A DNA stretch of 64,000 bases. It comes from Octopus sinensis. Lineage: Eukaryota. Below the pieces are notes generated by a model. That model was not told the origin of the DNA and searched no databases. It saw only the letters and a list, made by a program, of their open reading frames with translations. A program made the translations under genes and the position numbers. Of this stretch, positions 63,065-64,000 are shown one piece after another (within the stretch, counting starts at the first letter, position 1; the number at the start of each line of letters is the position of its first letter). The stretch lies in NCBI RefSeq assembly GCF_006345805.1, contig NC_042997.1:178126001-178190000 (forward strand), in the 5' to 3' direction.

Positions 63065-64000
63065 CTAGCAGAAGTAATAAATAAATAAATAAAATTAAAA
63101 TATCTAATATAAATTCTGCGTAATAATAGAGGTAAAAAAAAAAAGAAAAAAGAAAAGAAAAAACCCCAACATTTGTAACACATTAAAATATAAGGAAACA
63201 TGTCACAACAGACTAAGACTGATTTCCATCTCATTTAGCAGTTTTTATTGCCAACCAGGTTATTGTAAAATATTTAGGGAAGGTACTTAACTCTTTATGC
63301 TTCATCCAGAAGGCCTCACAACACTTATTGTAAGCAGCCTCAGGAAGGAAGTTTTACAATCTTTAGTTGTTTTTTTTTCCTCATTTTTTGAATAGTCGGG
63401 TCTGAAGGACTTTGACTAGTAAGATTGAGGTTATTAATGTTCCTACTGAAATTTTGAATGTCACCAACACTAGGGAAAAACATGAGTAAGGAGGGAGCTT
63501 TAGAGGGAACAACATTCTGGAAAGGAAAACTGGAATGAAGAACTGAGTATAGTGTTTAGTGCAGAGTCTGGGGTTGGGCATTGGATATAACAAGAGAGGA
63601 AAATTAAGATGAGTGAGTTGGGAATGCCTGAGTGAGATGGTATAAGCTCAACAGAAGAGGTAGAAAAGGCAGAGTGAGGAAACAGCAACTGTAGACTTCT
63701 TCTCAAACCATTTCCTCAACGTCTTCCACTAAAAAAGAGAAGTAATCCTGCCTCTTCCACTCATCATGATCATTATCATTTCACATCTGCCTTCTGTGCC
63801 ATACAAGAAGATAATGGCGTTAATGCAATACTGTGAAATGACAGTAAACACACATGTATATATCTCCTCTCCCCTTCACTGTTTCCTCTCTCTCACTCCT
63901 CCTCCTCGACTCTCTCGTCGCTGACACGTGACAAAAGAGAAACTACCTTTCTACCCACAACCTTCGTAAAGACTAAACGTGCTTATACTCTCTTTCATAA

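Overview
AT-rich, repeat-dense eukaryotic DNA. The SINE/LINE repertoire and microsatellite style point to an Octopus-like coleoid cephalopod genome (inference, not a database result). Genes supported: one intact tRNA-Gly(CCC) at 565-635, and the last five coding exons of a minus-strand protein gene (63064 to 55594, 5' part not identified and probably outside the window) whose product looks like an uncharacterised papain/C39-like fold protein. The rest is mostly mobile DNA: several tRNA-derived SINE families, RTE, CR1/L2, R4-like and probable Penelope-like remnants, two Tc1 copies with DD36E spacing, maT and mariner relics, piggyBac-type and other MITEs, a short Helitron, 19-bp and 23-bp minisatellite arrays, and many fold-back palindromes. 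The most unusual signal is a set of minimal hammerhead-ribozyme-like motifs in repeats. These include a family with a G3-C8 swapped core and a tRNA-headed SINE with a hammerhead in its tail, and several sit at or near palindrome centres. No CRISPR, rRNA or prokaryotic system is present. All calls are by eye; repeat boundaries without TSD/TIR support are approximate.
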